The notes below the pieces were generated by a model. That model was not told the origin of the DNA, did no database searches, and worked only from the letters and a program-made list of their open reading frames with translations. A DNA stretch of 63,686 nt, counting the filler, from an uncultured Clostridia bacterium (GTDB lineage Bacteria > Aerophobota > Aerophobia > Aerophobales > B3-G15): NCBI GenBank assembly GCA_964482715.1. It is 3 parts of 3 records of this genome, joined end to end, with 100 filler letters (N's around TTAATTAATTAA, not from the genome) between each part and the next. Parts side by side here need not be neighbours in the genome. Positions count along the whole stretch, not along the records: positions 1 to 23,303 come from CAYZYX010000029.1; 2 more parts are not named here. One strand, given 5' to 3'. The stretch's first letter is position 1, and each line of letters begins with the position of its first letter. The position numbers and the translations under genes were made by a program. Positions 1 to 10,654 of this stretch are shown here, piece by piece.

Positions 1-333
<333 letters not shown>

Positions 334-370
334 AAAAAGTCAGTTTCTAAGACTGCCTGCTCTACCCTAA

Positions 371-383
371 TTTTCAAAGAGCA
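371..383 (-). promoter_or_regulatory. rrn leader antitermination boxA
   Basis: Minus strand reads TGCTCTTTGAAAA, matching boxA consensus TGCTCTTT, just downstream of the proximal promoter. Confidence 0.75.
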
Positions 384-389
384 CTTATT

Positions 390-417
390 ATTATACTGTT
401 ATCTTTTAACCTGTCAA
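390..417 (-). promoter_or_regulatory. rRNA promoter P2 (sigma70 type)
   Basis: TTGACA-16 nt-TATAAT on the minus strand. Confidence 0.85.
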
Positions 418-471
418 GTGGGGTTTATTCTGAAGAATAAAGGTTTTCGATTGTCTTATAAGGCAGTTAAG

Positions 472-499
472 AGTATATATTTTTTATTATACCTGTCAA
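472..499 (-). promoter_or_regulatory. rRNA promoter P1 (sigma70 type)
   Basis: TTGACA-16 nt-TATACT on the minus strand; shares CTTGACAGGT with P2. Confidence 0.75.
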
Positions 500-536
500 G
501 CCCCCTGTCTTTTAAAAATAGGGGAAAATACACAAT

Positions 537-2891
537 TTATTTGCTTCGCAGAGTGGCTCCTAAATTTTTTTCCAAAGCTCTAAGGATTTTTTTCTGAATC
601 GAGTTTACCTCTTCATCAGTAAGAGTCTTACCGGGGTGCCTGAAAGTCACAGAGAAACTGAGACTTTTGTGTCCTGCGGGAATGTTGCCTCCCTGATACA
701 TATCAAAAAATTCAATATTCTCAATCCATTTACCCTTGGTTAAAACACATTCTTTAACCTGTGAAGCAGGAATATTTTCTCTGACAACAATAGATAAATC
801 TCTTTTTACTGAAGGAAACCTGGGAAGAGGATGGTATTTTTTTCCTTCCTGACTTAATGCTGCTATCAGGTTGACGTTTAGCTCAAACATGTAGATTTCA
901 GCCGGGAGTTCAAATGCCTCGCAAATATTTGGATGTCCTTTCCCTAACCAGCCTATTTCCCACTCTCTTTTTTTAACAAAAGCGGACATCTCTTCAGATA
1001 GATAAGGTAAGTTTGCGGGAAGAAATTCCACATCATTTATTCCAGTTTCCTGTAAAATGGCCTCTACTATTCCCTTGAGATTCCAGAAATCGAATCCTTC
1101 TTCTACTATAACCCCGGCAAGAGAAGTTCTCTCATTTAACTTTTCTTCTCTGGTAAATATCTTTCCCATTTCCATGAGTCTAAACTGTCTTACCTCCTGG
1201 TTGTAATTGAAAGAAGCTACATTAAGAAGCTGGGGAAAAAGTTTTATTCTTAAATATTCCAGTTCACGAGAAAGGGGATTTCTAATTTTTACACTTTCCT
1301 CCCTGCAGAGCAAAGCAAGCTCAAAAAGTCTTTCTCCCACCAGGCTGTTGGTTATCACCTCGTAAAAACCCCATCCTCTCAAAAGAAGCCTCAATTTGGC
1401 CTGAAGTCTCTCTTCCTTACTTTCTCCCTCGGTCTGAATTCCCAGAGAGGGCAAAGTAATTTTAATTTTATTATAACCATAAAGCCTGCAGACTTCCTCC
1501 ACCAGGTCAATTTCCCTTTCCACATCCGGACGAAACGCAGGAACCCTCACTTCCCATTTATGTTTTTCTTTTGTTTTTTTAACCATAAAACCCAAATTTT
1601 GGAGGATCTGCTCAATACTGGAGGGATTTATCCTGCTACCTGTTATCTTATTTACTCTTAAAGGACGGAAATATATCTTTTTCGTGCGAGTGGGAACTCT
1701 ACCAGCTTCTAATAGAGGCTCGACAATTTTTCCTCCAGCTACTTCCTGAATAAGGAATGCAGCTCTGTCGAGAGCTTTCTTTACCATCTCGGGGTCCACT
1801 CCCTTTTCAAACCTGGAAGAGGCTTCAGTTATCAAACCAAGCTTACGGGAAGTTTTACCTACAGAAAGAGGGTTAAAATAAGCAGCTTCCAAAAGTATGT
1901 TACAGGTAGCAGATTCAACCTGTGTATCTTTGCCTCCCATTATGCCAGCAAGCGCAATTGGATTATGTTCATCTGCAATAACCAGCATCTCGCTGGTTAA
2001 ATTTCGGCATTTATCATCAAGAGTAACTATACTTTCACCTTCCTTTGCTCTGCGTACGATTACTTTCCTGCCAGAGATAGTCTCAAGATCAAAGGGATGA
2101 AGTGGCTGACCCAGTTCCCACATCACGTAGTTGGTAACATCCACCGCATTGTTTATCGGATTTCCTCCAAAAATAAGGATCTTTTGCCTAAGCCAAAGTG
2201 GCGAGGGAGCAATTTTCACGTTTTTTATTATCCGGGCTGCATAATAAGGACAAAGACCCAGGTCTTTTATTTTTACTTCTGGCAGGTTTTTTTCTTGAAC
2301 TATTCTGTCCTTGCTAATTTCTGCCAAAGGTATGTGAACTTTACTTCCAGTTAAAGCGGCTATTTCTCTTGCAACTCCAAGGCTTGAAAGACAATCACCA
2401 CGATTGGAAGTAATCTCCAGGTCCAGGACAATGTCTTCAAATTCCAGAGCTTCGGAAAGTACAGCTCCTGGAACAAGATGAGAAGGCAATACCATGATGC
2501 CGGAATGATCTTCTCCCAGTCCCAATTCTTTCTCAGAGCAAATCATTCCGGGAGATTCCACTCCCCTGATTTTAACCCTCTTCACCTTAAAATTTCCCTG
2601 AAGTTCTGCTCCCTCAAGAGCAACCGGTACCAGAAGCCCTTCTTTCACGTTAGGAGCACCGCAAACAACTGAAAGTTTTCCTCTTCCTATATCCACATCC
2701 ACTATTTTAAGTCGATCAGCATTGGGGTGTTTTTTTACTTTTATAATTTTCCCTACCAGTATCCCTTCTGTCTTGCCAAATGATTTTATTTCCCTGACTT
2801 CAAGACCGAGATCGGTCAGCCTCTGGGCAAGCTCCTCCGGTGAATATGGAAAATCAACTAATTTTTTGAGCTGATTGTAGGACACTTTCAT
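537..2891 (-). CDS. pheT: Phenylalanine--tRNA ligase beta subunit
   Basis: KHPNADRL, VVCGAPNV, GMICS, NRGDCLS and RFEKGVD motifs; C-terminal FDX-ACB domain (RFPSVKRDLS); 784 aa. Confidence 0.97.
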   Translation of the reverse strand: MKVSYNQLKKLVDFPYSPEELAQRLTDLGLEVREIKSFGKTEGILVGKIIKVKKHPNADRLKIVDVDIGRGKLSVVCGAPNVKEGLLVPVALEGAELQGNFKVKRVKIRGVESPGMICSEKELGLGEDHSGIMVLPSHLVPGAVLSEALEFEDIVLDLEITSNRGDCLSSLGVAREIAALTGSKVHIPLAEISKDRIVQEKNLPEVKIKDLGLCPYYAARIIKNVKIAPSPLWLRQKILIFGGNPINNAVDVTNYVMWELGQPLHPFDLETISGRKVIVRRAKEGESIVTLDDKCRNLTSEMLVIADEHNPIALAGIMGGKDTQVESATCNILLEAAYFNPLSVGKTSRKLGLITEASSRFEKGVDPEMVKKALDRAAFLIQEVAGGKIVEPLLEAGRVPTRTKKIYFRPLRVNKITGSRINPSSIEQILQNLGFMVKKTKEKHKWEVRVPAFRPDVEREIDLVEEVCRLYGYNKIKITLPSLGIQTEGESKEERLQAKLRLLLRGWGFYEVITNSLVGERLFELALLCREESVKIRNPLSRELEYLRIKLFPQLLNVASFNYNQEVRQFRLMEMGKIFTREEKLNERTSLAGVIVEEGFDFWNLKGIVEAILQETGINDVEFLPANLPYLSEEMSAFVKKREWEIGWLGKGHPNICEAFELPAEIYMFELNVNLIAALSQEGKKYHPLPRFPSVKRDLSIVVRENIPASQVKECVLTKGKWIENIEFFDMYQGGNIPAGHKSLSFSVTFRHPGKTLTDEEVNSIQKKILRALEKNLGATLRSK

Positions 2892-2929
2892 TTTACTCCC
2901 TTCCCGGGGCAGTCTGTAATAGTCTGTTA

Positions 2930-3007
2930 ATTTTACTCACCTTACATTCTTTGTCAAATTTGATAAGATCCAGAATAAGTTGACATCAAAATTCTATCAT
3001 ATAAAAT
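2930..3007. promoter_or_regulatory. Divergent sigma70 promoters for pheT (-) and purF (+)
   Basis: Minus strand: TTGACA(2957-2952)-16-TAAAAT(2935-2930). Plus strand: TTGACA(2980-2985)-16-TAAAAT(3002-3007). Confidence 0.7.
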
Positions 3008-3026
3008 TTTGAGAGGAGGCTCTCTT

Positions 3027-4418
3027 TTGCGAGAAGAGTGTGGGATATTCGGTATCTATAATCACCCTCAAGCCACAAAGCTTACCTACCTTGGTCTTTA
3101 CGCCTTACAGCATCGAGGTCAGGAAAGTGCAGGCATAGCGGTATCTGATGGTTTTAATGTTCTGATTCACAGAGGATTGGGTCTTGTAGATACGGTCTTT
3201 AATGAAGAAATTTTGGGAAGTCTTTCCGGGCATATAGCCATAGGGCATAACCGTTATTCCACTATGGGGTCTATCTCTCTTGCCAACACTCAGCCACTTT
3301 TGATTACCTTCTTCGGCGAAGGGATAGCCATATCCCACAACGGCAACTTGATAAATGCCAACCAACTCCGGAAAAAATTAGAAACATCCGGCTCTATCTT
3401 TCAGACCACCATGGATACAGAAATCATTGCACACCTTTTTACCAAATATAACAAATCTCTGGGTAAAAGAAGAGCTCTTGTAGAAGCCCTAAGAAAAGTT
3501 AAAGGAGCTTACTCTCTCCTCATACTATTTAACCAAAAGCTTATTGCAGCAAGAGATCCACTTGGCTTTAGACCACTTGTCCTTGGAGTTTTAGGATCAA
3601 GCTATCTGATAGCTTCGGAAACCTGTGCTTTTGACCTTGTAGGAGCAAAATACTTGAGAGAAGTCAACCCAGGAGAAATGTTAATAATCGATGAAAGGAA
3701 TATAAAATCTTACAAAATAGAAGAGTCCAAAAGAAAAGCCCAATGTATATTTGAACATATCTACTTTGCTCGACCGGATAGTATAGTCTTTGGAGAAGGT
3801 GTTCATGGAGTAAGGGTCAAAATGGGAAGAGTATTAGCCAGAGAACACCCGGTTAAAGCTGATATCGTGGTGCCTGTTCCTGATTCGGGAATCTCTGCTG
3901 CACTGGGATACGCGCAGGAAAGCAAGATACCTTACGCTATGGGACTTACAAGAAATCATTATGTGGGAAGGACTTTTATCCAGCCTCTGCAATTTGTCAG
4001 AGACATGGAGGTCAAAATAAAATTAAATCCCATAAGAGAGGTTTTACGAAACAAAAAGGTGGTCCTCGTAGATGATTCCATTGTCAGAGGAACAACCAGC
4101 AAAAAGATAATCGGACTTCTCCGTGAGGGAGGAGCAAAGGAAATTCATTTCAGGATAAGTTCTCCTCCTATAAAATTTCCCTGCTTTTTTGGAATCGACA
4201 CACCTGTTCAAAAGGAGCTTATCGCTGCGACTTGCGGTATTGAAGAAATCAGAGACAAAGTAGGAGCTGATTCACTCGGTTATTTGAGTTTAAAGGGTCT
4301 TTTAAGTTGTGTAAAAAATCCCCAGGATTTCTGCACAGCATGCTTTACGGGTAAATACCCCCTTAAGGTTCAGCCTCAAACCAAATACGTTTTTGAGACA
4401 AAGAAAAAAAAGGAGTAA
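3027..4418 (+). CDS. purF: Amidophosphoribosyltransferase; likely TTG start at 3027 with a short propeptide before the catalytic Cys
   Basis: EECGIFG, LQHRGQE, HNGNL, CIFEHIYFARPDS and VDDSIVRGTT motifs; GGAGG SD upstream of TTG 3027. Confidence 0.97.
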   Translation: MREECGIFGIYNHPQATKLTYLGLYALQHRGQESAGIAVSDGFNVLIHRGLGLVDTVFNEEILGSLSGHIAIGHNRYSTMGSISLANTQPLLITFFGEGIAISHNGNLINANQLRKKLETSGSIFQTTMDTEIIAHLFTKYNKSLGKRRALVEALRKVKGAYSLLILFNQKLIAARDPLGFRPLVLGVLGSSYLIASETCAFDLVGAKYLREVNPGEMLIIDERNIKSYKIEESKRKAQCIFEHIYFARPDSIVFGEGVHGVRVKMGRVLAREHPVKADIVVPVPDSGISAALGYAQESKIPYAMGLTRNHYVGRTFIQPLQFVRDMEVKIKLNPIREVLRNKKVVLVDDSIVRGTTSKKIIGLLREGGAKEIHFRISSPPIKFPCFFGIDTPVQKELIAATCGIEEIRDKVGADSLGYLSLKGLLSCVKNPQDFCTACFTGKYPLKVQPQTKYVFETKKKKE

Positions 4419-4422
4419 TTTT

Positions 4423-5061
4423 TTACCAAAAAAAGAAAGGTGCTCCGGTTAAAAGGGCGGCCACTTTCAACAAAGCCATAAAAAGATAATTAAAAATGCC
4501 CCCTATGAGTAAAACTACGAGGATGATAAAACCAAAGGGCTCAAGTTGAAGTAAGCGATAACTGTATCTTTCAGGTAAAAATCCTGAAAGAATACGGGAG
4601 CCATCAAGTGGGGGTATGGGAATTAGATTAAAAAAAGCAAGAAGCAAATTTATGCTAACTCCGTAAAAAAGCACAATTCCCCCTAAACTTCCTGGACTGG
4701 CAAAAATCCGGAATAAGAGGGCAAGAAAAACGGCAATAAAGAAATTAGTGGCCGGCCCAGAGATGGAAATCCACATCATATCTTTTCTGGGATTATTTAA
4801 ATTTCTTGGATTTATAGGTACAGGCTTTGCCCACCCAAATATGGGAACTCCTCCCCAAAAAATATTCATGACGATCATTATTCCAGGAAGAAGTATTGTC
4901 CCCACAGGATCTATGTGTGGAATGGGATTTAGGGTAATTCTTCCCATAATTCTTGCTGTTGGATCTCCTTTTCGCTCAGCCATAAGTCCATGAGCAATTT
5001 CATGAAGGATAATTGAAAAAAACAGGATTATCATCAAGAAAAAAAGTACAATGATTCTCAT
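4423..5061 (-). CDS. Site-2 protease family (M50) membrane metalloprotease
   Basis: HEIAH zinc motif, NLIPIPPLDG motif, several TM segments. Confidence 0.93.
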   Translation of the reverse strand: MRIIVLFFLMIILFFSIILHEIAHGLMAERKGDPTARIMGRITLNPIPHIDPVGTILLPGIMIVMNIFWGGVPIFGWAKPVPINPRNLNNPRKDMMWISISGPATNFFIAVFLALLFRIFASPGSLGGIVLFYGVSINLLLAFFNLIPIPPLDGSRILSGFLPERYSYRLLQLEPFGFIILVVLLIGGIFNYLFMALLKVAALLTGAPFFFW

Positions 5062-7646
5062 TTATCCACTCCTGGAGAAAAATTTTTTCTCACAAATTCT
5101 ATTTCTTCTTCGCGAGTTTTTATAAGTCCATCTAATTTTGCCTTTTTTGTTTCCTCAAGTATTTTTGAAAATTGAGGTGACGGTTTGTAACCCATACGCT
5201 TAAGATCATTTCCATCTATTTCCAGTTCAACTTTGCTTAGACGGGTAAAATAAAGAGCTATTCTTTTTTTGACTGTATTATCCTCAGTTTTTGCCATAGC
5301 TAAAATCAAAATATCAGGTGGATAGTCCTTTAAAAAATAGTAAAGAGAACTTGGTTTAAGATGAGCTAATTTTAGTTTCCTCAAAATTTTTTTCACCTGG
5401 TTAGTGGCTAAATTGAGTGTTTCTTTTTCCTCGCGAGTAAAATGATAAGTCTTACAGAAATCTGCTATTTCCTCCTTCTGGCATTTTCCCATGAGGACCG
5501 ATAGCCTTATCAGCCATTTCCTGATTTTTGTCCCGGTGAGAACTTCATAAAATGCGATGGCATCCACAAGCCTGCTCAGAATTTTTTCACGATAGGAATT
5601 TAGAGAAATTTTAGGATGAATCTCTTGCAGGATACCTAATTGATGCATCCTGCGCACACATTTTTCAGGTCTTTCCTCCTCCAGTAGTTGAACCAGCTCT
5701 TCCTTTAATCTTTTACCACTTAAATACCTGAATACCTTATTATTTAAAGCCTGTTTTAACAATCTCTCGGTGACTTCGTCAAGAGAAAATCTGTATCGCT
5801 GTTCAAACCTGATGGCTCTAAAAATCCGTGTAGGATCATCAATGAAACTGCGAGGATGCAAGACTCTGACTTTCCTCCGTTCCAGATCCCTTTTTCCTCC
5901 GAAAAAATCGATCAGTTTACCAAAATCAGAAGGATTAATACTAATGGCCATGGCATTGACTGTGAAGTCTCTTCGAAAAAGGTCCTCTTTTAAAAGAGCT
6001 GGTTTAACCCGGGGAAGAGCTGCCGGACGTGGATAAAACTCAGATCTTGAAGTTGCTACATCCAGTTTAAAACCTTCAGCTAAATTTAAGGTAGCTGTCC
6101 CAAAATCCTCATATAAAGCAACAGGAACTTTTAATCTTTTAGCTAATTTTTTAGCATAGCCAATTCCATCTCCTTCCACTACCAGGTCAATATCCAGGTT
6201 TTCATTTCCCAGGATTAAATCTCTCACAAAACCTCCAACAATGAAAATAGGAAATCTCATTTCTGAGGCTATTTTTCCTGCTTCAAATAAAATTCGCATT
6301 ATTTTAGGGGGAACCCTTTTTTGCAACAGTTCCTTCACATTTTCTTCGGGAAAAGGAGAAAAACCCCTGTTCAAGGCTTTAAATATGTCAAGACTGGAAA
6401 TTACACCTATCAGCTTTTCCTCTCTAAAGACAAAAAGCCAGGGTGTCTCCTTCTGAATCATTACTTCTTGAGCTTTCTTTAGAGAAAGATTAGAGGAGAT
6501 GCTAATGAACTTCCACGACAAAAAACTCCTGATTGGAACTCTTGATGAGTGGTATGATATAATATTTTCTACCTTTTCTCTGGAGATGGATCCTACTATC
6601 TTATCTTTTTCCTGTACAGGAACAATATCCATACTGTGCTCTTTCATAATTTTTTTCACCTCAGCCGCAGACATATCCGGAAAGACCACCGGCACCGGTG
6701 AGCGCATCACCTCTTTTACCAGCAGACGTGGACGTATCTTTCTTTTTAGAATTTCCTGAAGTGCTTTTTCCACCTCCTCTATAGGTCTGTTTTTTATAAG
6801 GGCGGAAGCGGCAAATTCATGCCCTCCTCCTCCAAGAGGAGAGAGAATTTCACTCACATTTATTGATGGATCCCTGGAACGAGCTAAAACATAAATTTTA
6901 TCTCTGGCTCTAATTACAGCAAAAGTAACATCAGTGTTTTTAAGATCTATAAATTTGTGCAAGGGTAAAGAAAGTCCACCCACAAAATCATCAATCTCGG
7001 TTACTATAATTACCACCTCAACACCATTTATAGATTTAACTTTAGCTTTTTCTAAAAAATCCCTTAAGAGATTATTCTGTTTTTCATTTAAGTTTCGATT
7101 AAGAAAACCGGAAACAATCTCCAGATTTGCTCCCTTCTTCAGAAGAAAAGCCACGGATTCAAGATCAAGATGAGTAGTGGAGGAAAACCTCAAAGAACCG
7201 GTGTCCTCATAAATACCCAATGTAAAAAGGGTTGCCTCAAAAGGAGTGATAGGGATTTTCCTTTTTCTTATAAGCTCCACCAAAATACTGGTAGTGGCAC
7301 CGACCTCTTTGCATAAACCCCCATCCCCTTTTATATCTTCAGGAGTGGATGGATGATGGTCGTAAATGTAAATCTTTATCCCTTTTTTCCCAACAAGTTT
7401 TCCAAATATTCCTATTCTTGCAACCAGTCTCGTATCTACAAGAATGAGTTTTTTTATTTTGTGTAAATCCTCTTCTTCAACTTTTACAGCAGATAACAGC
7501 TGGCCATAAAGATGAATGAAATCCCTGACCTCCTGGGCTAAATTACCGGAGAAAGATATTTTTGCCCCGGGATGAAGTTTCTGAGCCGCTACCAGGGAGG
7601 CAAGTCCGTCAAAGTCACATCCTACGTGAGTTGTAATTATCTGCAT
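5058..7646 (-). CDS. tRNA nucleotidyltransferase (class II) with N-terminal DHH/DHHA1 and CBS domains, probably A-adding type
   Basis: DFDG, YDHHP and GGGGH (DHH/DHHA1); CBS pair; GGFVRD, DIDL, EDLFRRDFTVNA and DDPTRIFRAIRF. Confidence 0.9.
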   Translation of the reverse strand: MQIITTHVGCDFDGLASLVAAQKLHPGAKISFSGNLAQEVRDFIHLYGQLLSAVKVEEEDLHKIKKLILVDTRLVARIGIFGKLVGKKGIKIYIYDHHPSTPEDIKGDGGLCKEVGATTSILVELIRKRKIPITPFEATLFTLGIYEDTGSLRFSSTTHLDLESVAFLLKKGANLEIVSGFLNRNLNEKQNNLLRDFLEKAKVKSINGVEVVIIVTEIDDFVGGLSLPLHKFIDLKNTDVTFAVIRARDKIYVLARSRDPSINVSEILSPLGGGGHEFAASALIKNRPIEEVEKALQEILKRKIRPRLLVKEVMRSPVPVVFPDMSAAEVKKIMKEHSMDIVPVQEKDKIVGSISREKVENIISYHSSRVPIRSFLSWKFISISSNLSLKKAQEVMIQKETPWLFVFREEKLIGVISSLDIFKALNRGFSPFPEENVKELLQKRVPPKIMRILFEAGKIASEMRFPIFIVGGFVRDLILGNENLDIDLVVEGDGIGYAKKLAKRLKVPVALYEDFGTATLNLAEGFKLDVATSRSEFYPRPAALPRVKPALLKEDLFRRDFTVNAMAISINPSDFGKLIDFFGGKRDLERRKVRVLHPRSFIDDPTRIFRAIRFEQRYRFSLDEVTERLLKQALNNKVFRYLSGKRLKEELVQLLEEERPEKCVRRMHQLGILQEIHPKISLNSYREKILSRLVDAIAFYEVLTGTKIRKWLIRLSVLMGKCQKEEIADFCKTYHFTREEKETLNLATNQVKKILRKLKLAHLKPSSLYYFLKDYPPDILILAMAKTEDNTVKKRIALYFTRLSKVELEIDGNDLKRMGYKPSPQFSKILEETKKAKLDGLIKTREEEIEFVRKNFSPGVDK

Positions 7647-7651
7647 AGTTA

Positions 7652-8521
7652 TTAAGCCCGGGGGTGGAATCTTTTGTATATTTTCTTTAATCTCTCCTGG
7701 GTAATGTGTGTGTAAATCTGGGTGGTGGAAATATTCACATGACCCAGAAGTTCCTGGACCGATCTGAGATCAGCATCTGAAGCTAAAAGATGAGTAGCAA
7801 AAGAATGTCTTAAAGTGTGAGGTGAGATAACTTTGGTTATTCCAGCCTTTCTGGCGTACTTTTTGATCAATTTCCAACAGGACTGACGGGAAAGCCTTTT
7901 CCCGTATCGATTGCAAAAAAGGGGAGCAGTAATCTTCTTACCATCTTTTCTCTCTTTTAGATATCTGGAAATCCATTTTATAGCTTCTCTACCCAGAGGA
8001 ACCATTCTTTCGCGAGACCCTTTTCCTTTCACTCTTAACCATCCGCTGTTTAAATTTACATGACCTATGTTCAAACCGGTAAGCTCTGAAATTCGAATCC
8101 CCGTAGCATAAAGAACTTCCAGTAAAGCCTTATCTCTCAGACCAAGAAAGGAATTGGTAGAAGGCGCCTCCAATAAATCCTCTACCTCTTTTAGAGTTAA
8201 AAAGGAGGGAATTTTTCTCCCTCTACGAGGTGCAGTTATATTTTGAGTGGGGTCTTCTTTTATAACTCCCTGTACCAGAAGATATCGATAAAATACTTTT
8301 AAAACGGAAATCTTTCTGGAAATTGAGGAAATAGAAAACCCTTTTTCTTTTAAACTCCCGATATACTCACTTATAAGCTGAGAACTTACCTCTTTAAGAT
8401 CGCCTTCTAACCATTTTTGGAATGTTTGAAGGTCATTTTTATAAGAATAAATCGTATTTTCAGATAGTCCCCTTTCTACTCGGAGATGGTCAAGAAAACA
8501 GTCAATTAGAGAACCTGGCAA
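7652..8521 (-). CDS. xerD: Tyrosine recombinase XerD
   Basis: ERGLSENT N-terminus, LYATGIRISEL, GKGSRER, HTLRHSFATHLL, LLGH, TTQIYTH. Confidence 0.9.
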   Translation of the reverse strand: MPGSLIDCFLDHLRVERGLSENTIYSYKNDLQTFQKWLEGDLKEVSSQLISEYIGSLKEKGFSISSISRKISVLKVFYRYLLVQGVIKEDPTQNITAPRRGRKIPSFLTLKEVEDLLEAPSTNSFLGLRDKALLEVLYATGIRISELTGLNIGHVNLNSGWLRVKGKGSRERMVPLGREAIKWISRYLKERKDGKKITAPLFCNRYGKRLSRQSCWKLIKKYARKAGITKVISPHTLRHSFATHLLASDADLRSVQELLGHVNISTTQIYTHITQERLKKIYKRFHPRA

Positions 8522-9074
8522 AATTCCATCCCTCCTTCAGGGACTTCTCATTTACTCCCAAAAGATCAAGTCTATGGGGTGGTAGCAACTTTTTTAAAGA
8601 AAAAATAAGGCTTTCCAAACTTACCGCCCGAGAAAAAAAAGCCCAGGCACCAAGGACAACCATATTTGCTGATTTGCTTGTGCCTATTTTTTCGGCAATT
8701 TCATTAGCCGGAATTTCAATCAGTCTCAAATTATCTGCTTTAACCTTCTCTCTAATCAAAGATGTGTTCACTACTACCTGACCTTTTGTTTTTATACGCG
8801 GCAGAAATTTCTCCAGTGCTGGATAGCTCATTATTATGGCGCTGGATGGATGTGAGATTATGGGAGAGGGAATCAGACTATCAGATAGGATAACCGTGCA
8901 ATTTGCCGTTCCTCCCCGCATCTCAGCGCCATAAGATGGATAGAAAACAACTTCCCTTTCTTCTATCAGACCTGCATAAGCAAGAAGTTTACCGGCAAAA
9001 ATTATACCCTGACCCCCAAACCCCGCTATAACCACATCTCTGTAAAACCCTTCAAGATGGGTATAATTTTCTAT
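8502..9074 (-). CDS. 2-oxoacid:ferredoxin oxidoreductase gamma subunit; start uncertain (GTG 9035 or ATA 9074)
   Basis: IAGFGGQG, SYGAEMRGG and ANMVVLGA motifs. Confidence 0.88.
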   Translation of the reverse strand: MENYTHLEGFYRDVVIAGFGGQGIIFAGKLLAYAGLIEEREVVFYPSYGAEMRGGTANCTVILSDSLIPSPIISHPSSAIIMSYPALEKFLPRIKTKGQVVVNTSLIREKVKADNLRLIEIPANEIAEKIGTSKSANMVVLGAWAFFSRAVSLESLIFSLKKLLPPHRLDLLGVNEKSLKEGWNFARFSN

Positions 9075-10510
9075 TTTATCTCCTCCATTACCTGTTGAGC
9101 TAAATTCTTTCCTTCTTCGATAATCCTTTCCATCTGCTTTTCACGGGGAGCTTCGGCATAAACCCTTACTTTAGGTTCAGTTCCTGATGGCCTTATGAGA
9201 AGCCAGCTTTCGTCTTCCATGACAAATTTCACACCGTCAATGGTTAAGATTTCCCTGAGAGGAATTCCTCCCAGTGCCGCTGGAGGATTAGAGGTGAGCT
9301 TTTCAATAAATACTTTTTTATCTGCTTTTTCCTGATAAAAATCAACTCTCTTAAAGAAAGATCTACCGAACTTCTTTTCCATCTGTTCAAGAATTTTAGA
9401 TAAAGGTTTTCCCTTTTTAGCAATCATTTCTATAAAGAGAAGCGCCGATAAAATTCCATCTCTCTCCGGGAGATGCCCGTAATACCCATAACCACCACTT
9501 TCTTCACCTCCAAGAATTACCTTTTCTTTAAGCATTTTTTCACAGATATATTTAAAACCAACCGGTGTCTGTTCCCACTCCAGTCCGAATTTTCTGGAAA
9601 TCCTCTCAGGTTGATAACCAAGAGAAACCGTCTTTATCACCTTTCCCCTCATTTCCTTTTCTTCCACCAGATATAAAAGCAGAAGGGAAAAGACCTGAAG
9701 AGGAGAAAGATACCTTCCTGTTCCATCAACCACTCCTACCCTATCTGCATCACCATCAGTGGCTATTCCCAGATCAGCTCCTCTTTTTTTTATTTCTTCC
9801 TGGAGCTGTTTTAAGTTTTCTTCAATTGGCTCAGGGTTTATTCCCCCAAAACCTGGATTATATTTAGGATGAATGGTAAAAAGTTCACAATTGGAATCTT
9901 TTAAAATCTCTTCCAGACATCCATATCCCACTCCATACATGGGATCATAAACCACTCGGAGCCCGGCACTGTTTACAATTTTCATATCCAGAAAAGAGGT
10001 GACCTTTTTTAAATAAGGGGGCAAAATATTGACCGTGGTAGCTAATCCCTTCATCTCTCCTTTTTCCCAGGGTAGGGTTTTAATTGGATTTTTGTCCAGC
10101 AACGACTCAATACGAGCAGTAATTTCGGGAGTAGCTGAACCACCAAACGGGGCCTTTATCTTGACTCCGTTAAACCGGGGAGGATTATGTGAAGCAGTGA
10201 TCATCACTCCACCAGGAAGTTTTCTGTCCACCACGGTGAAAGATACAGCCTGGGTGGGAACATCTGTCTGAGATAAAATAACCGAAAACCCGTTTCCAAG
10301 AAGAACTTCAGCAAAAACCCGGGCAAATTCAGAAGAGAGAAAGCGGGTATCGTATCCTATGACAATTTCTCTCTCCTTTTCCTTCCCTTCTTTGAGCTGG
10401 ATTTTATAATAGTCAGCAACTGCCTGAGCTACTCTTCGCAGGTTATCAAAGGTGAAATCATCGGCTATTACCCCCCTCCATCCGTCGGTTCCAAATTTTA
10501 TCTGTGGCAT
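9071..10510 (-). CDS. Phosphoglucomutase/phosphomannomutase family protein (likely ATG at 10510)
   Basis: FGTDGWRG, catalytic TASHNP, DGDADR, GGEESGG, RPSGTEP. Confidence 0.95.
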   Translation of the reverse strand: MPQIKFGTDGWRGVIADDFTFDNLRRVAQAVADYYKIQLKEGKEKEREIVIGYDTRFLSSEFARVFAEVLLGNGFSVILSQTDVPTQAVSFTVVDRKLPGGVMITASHNPPRFNGVKIKAPFGGSATPEITARIESLLDKNPIKTLPWEKGEMKGLATTVNILPPYLKKVTSFLDMKIVNSAGLRVVYDPMYGVGYGCLEEILKDSNCELFTIHPKYNPGFGGINPEPIEENLKQLQEEIKKRGADLGIATDGDADRVGVVDGTGRYLSPLQVFSLLLLYLVEEKEMRGKVIKTVSLGYQPERISRKFGLEWEQTPVGFKYICEKMLKEKVILGGEESGGYGYYGHLPERDGILSALLFIEMIAKKGKPLSKILEQMEKKFGRSFFKRVDFYQEKADKKVFIEKLTSNPPAALGGIPLREILTIDGVKFVMEDESWLLIRPSGTEPKVRVYAEAPREKQMERIIEEGKNLAQQVMEEIK

Positions 10511-10654
10511 CTTTATCCTCAAAAGTTTTATTAAAAATCTCCCATAAAATACTATCAAAAAAGCGAGAAATGTCAAAGAGGCAAAGTAAAGTTTGTATTT
10601 TAGAGATTTTGACTGATAAAACATAAAATGCTATTGTATAAAAGGAGATATCCA

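Noticed and set aside
7652-8521. Tyrosine recombinase as the integrase of an island
   Set aside because: XerD-type sequence embedded in a housekeeping operon, with no att sites or cargo.
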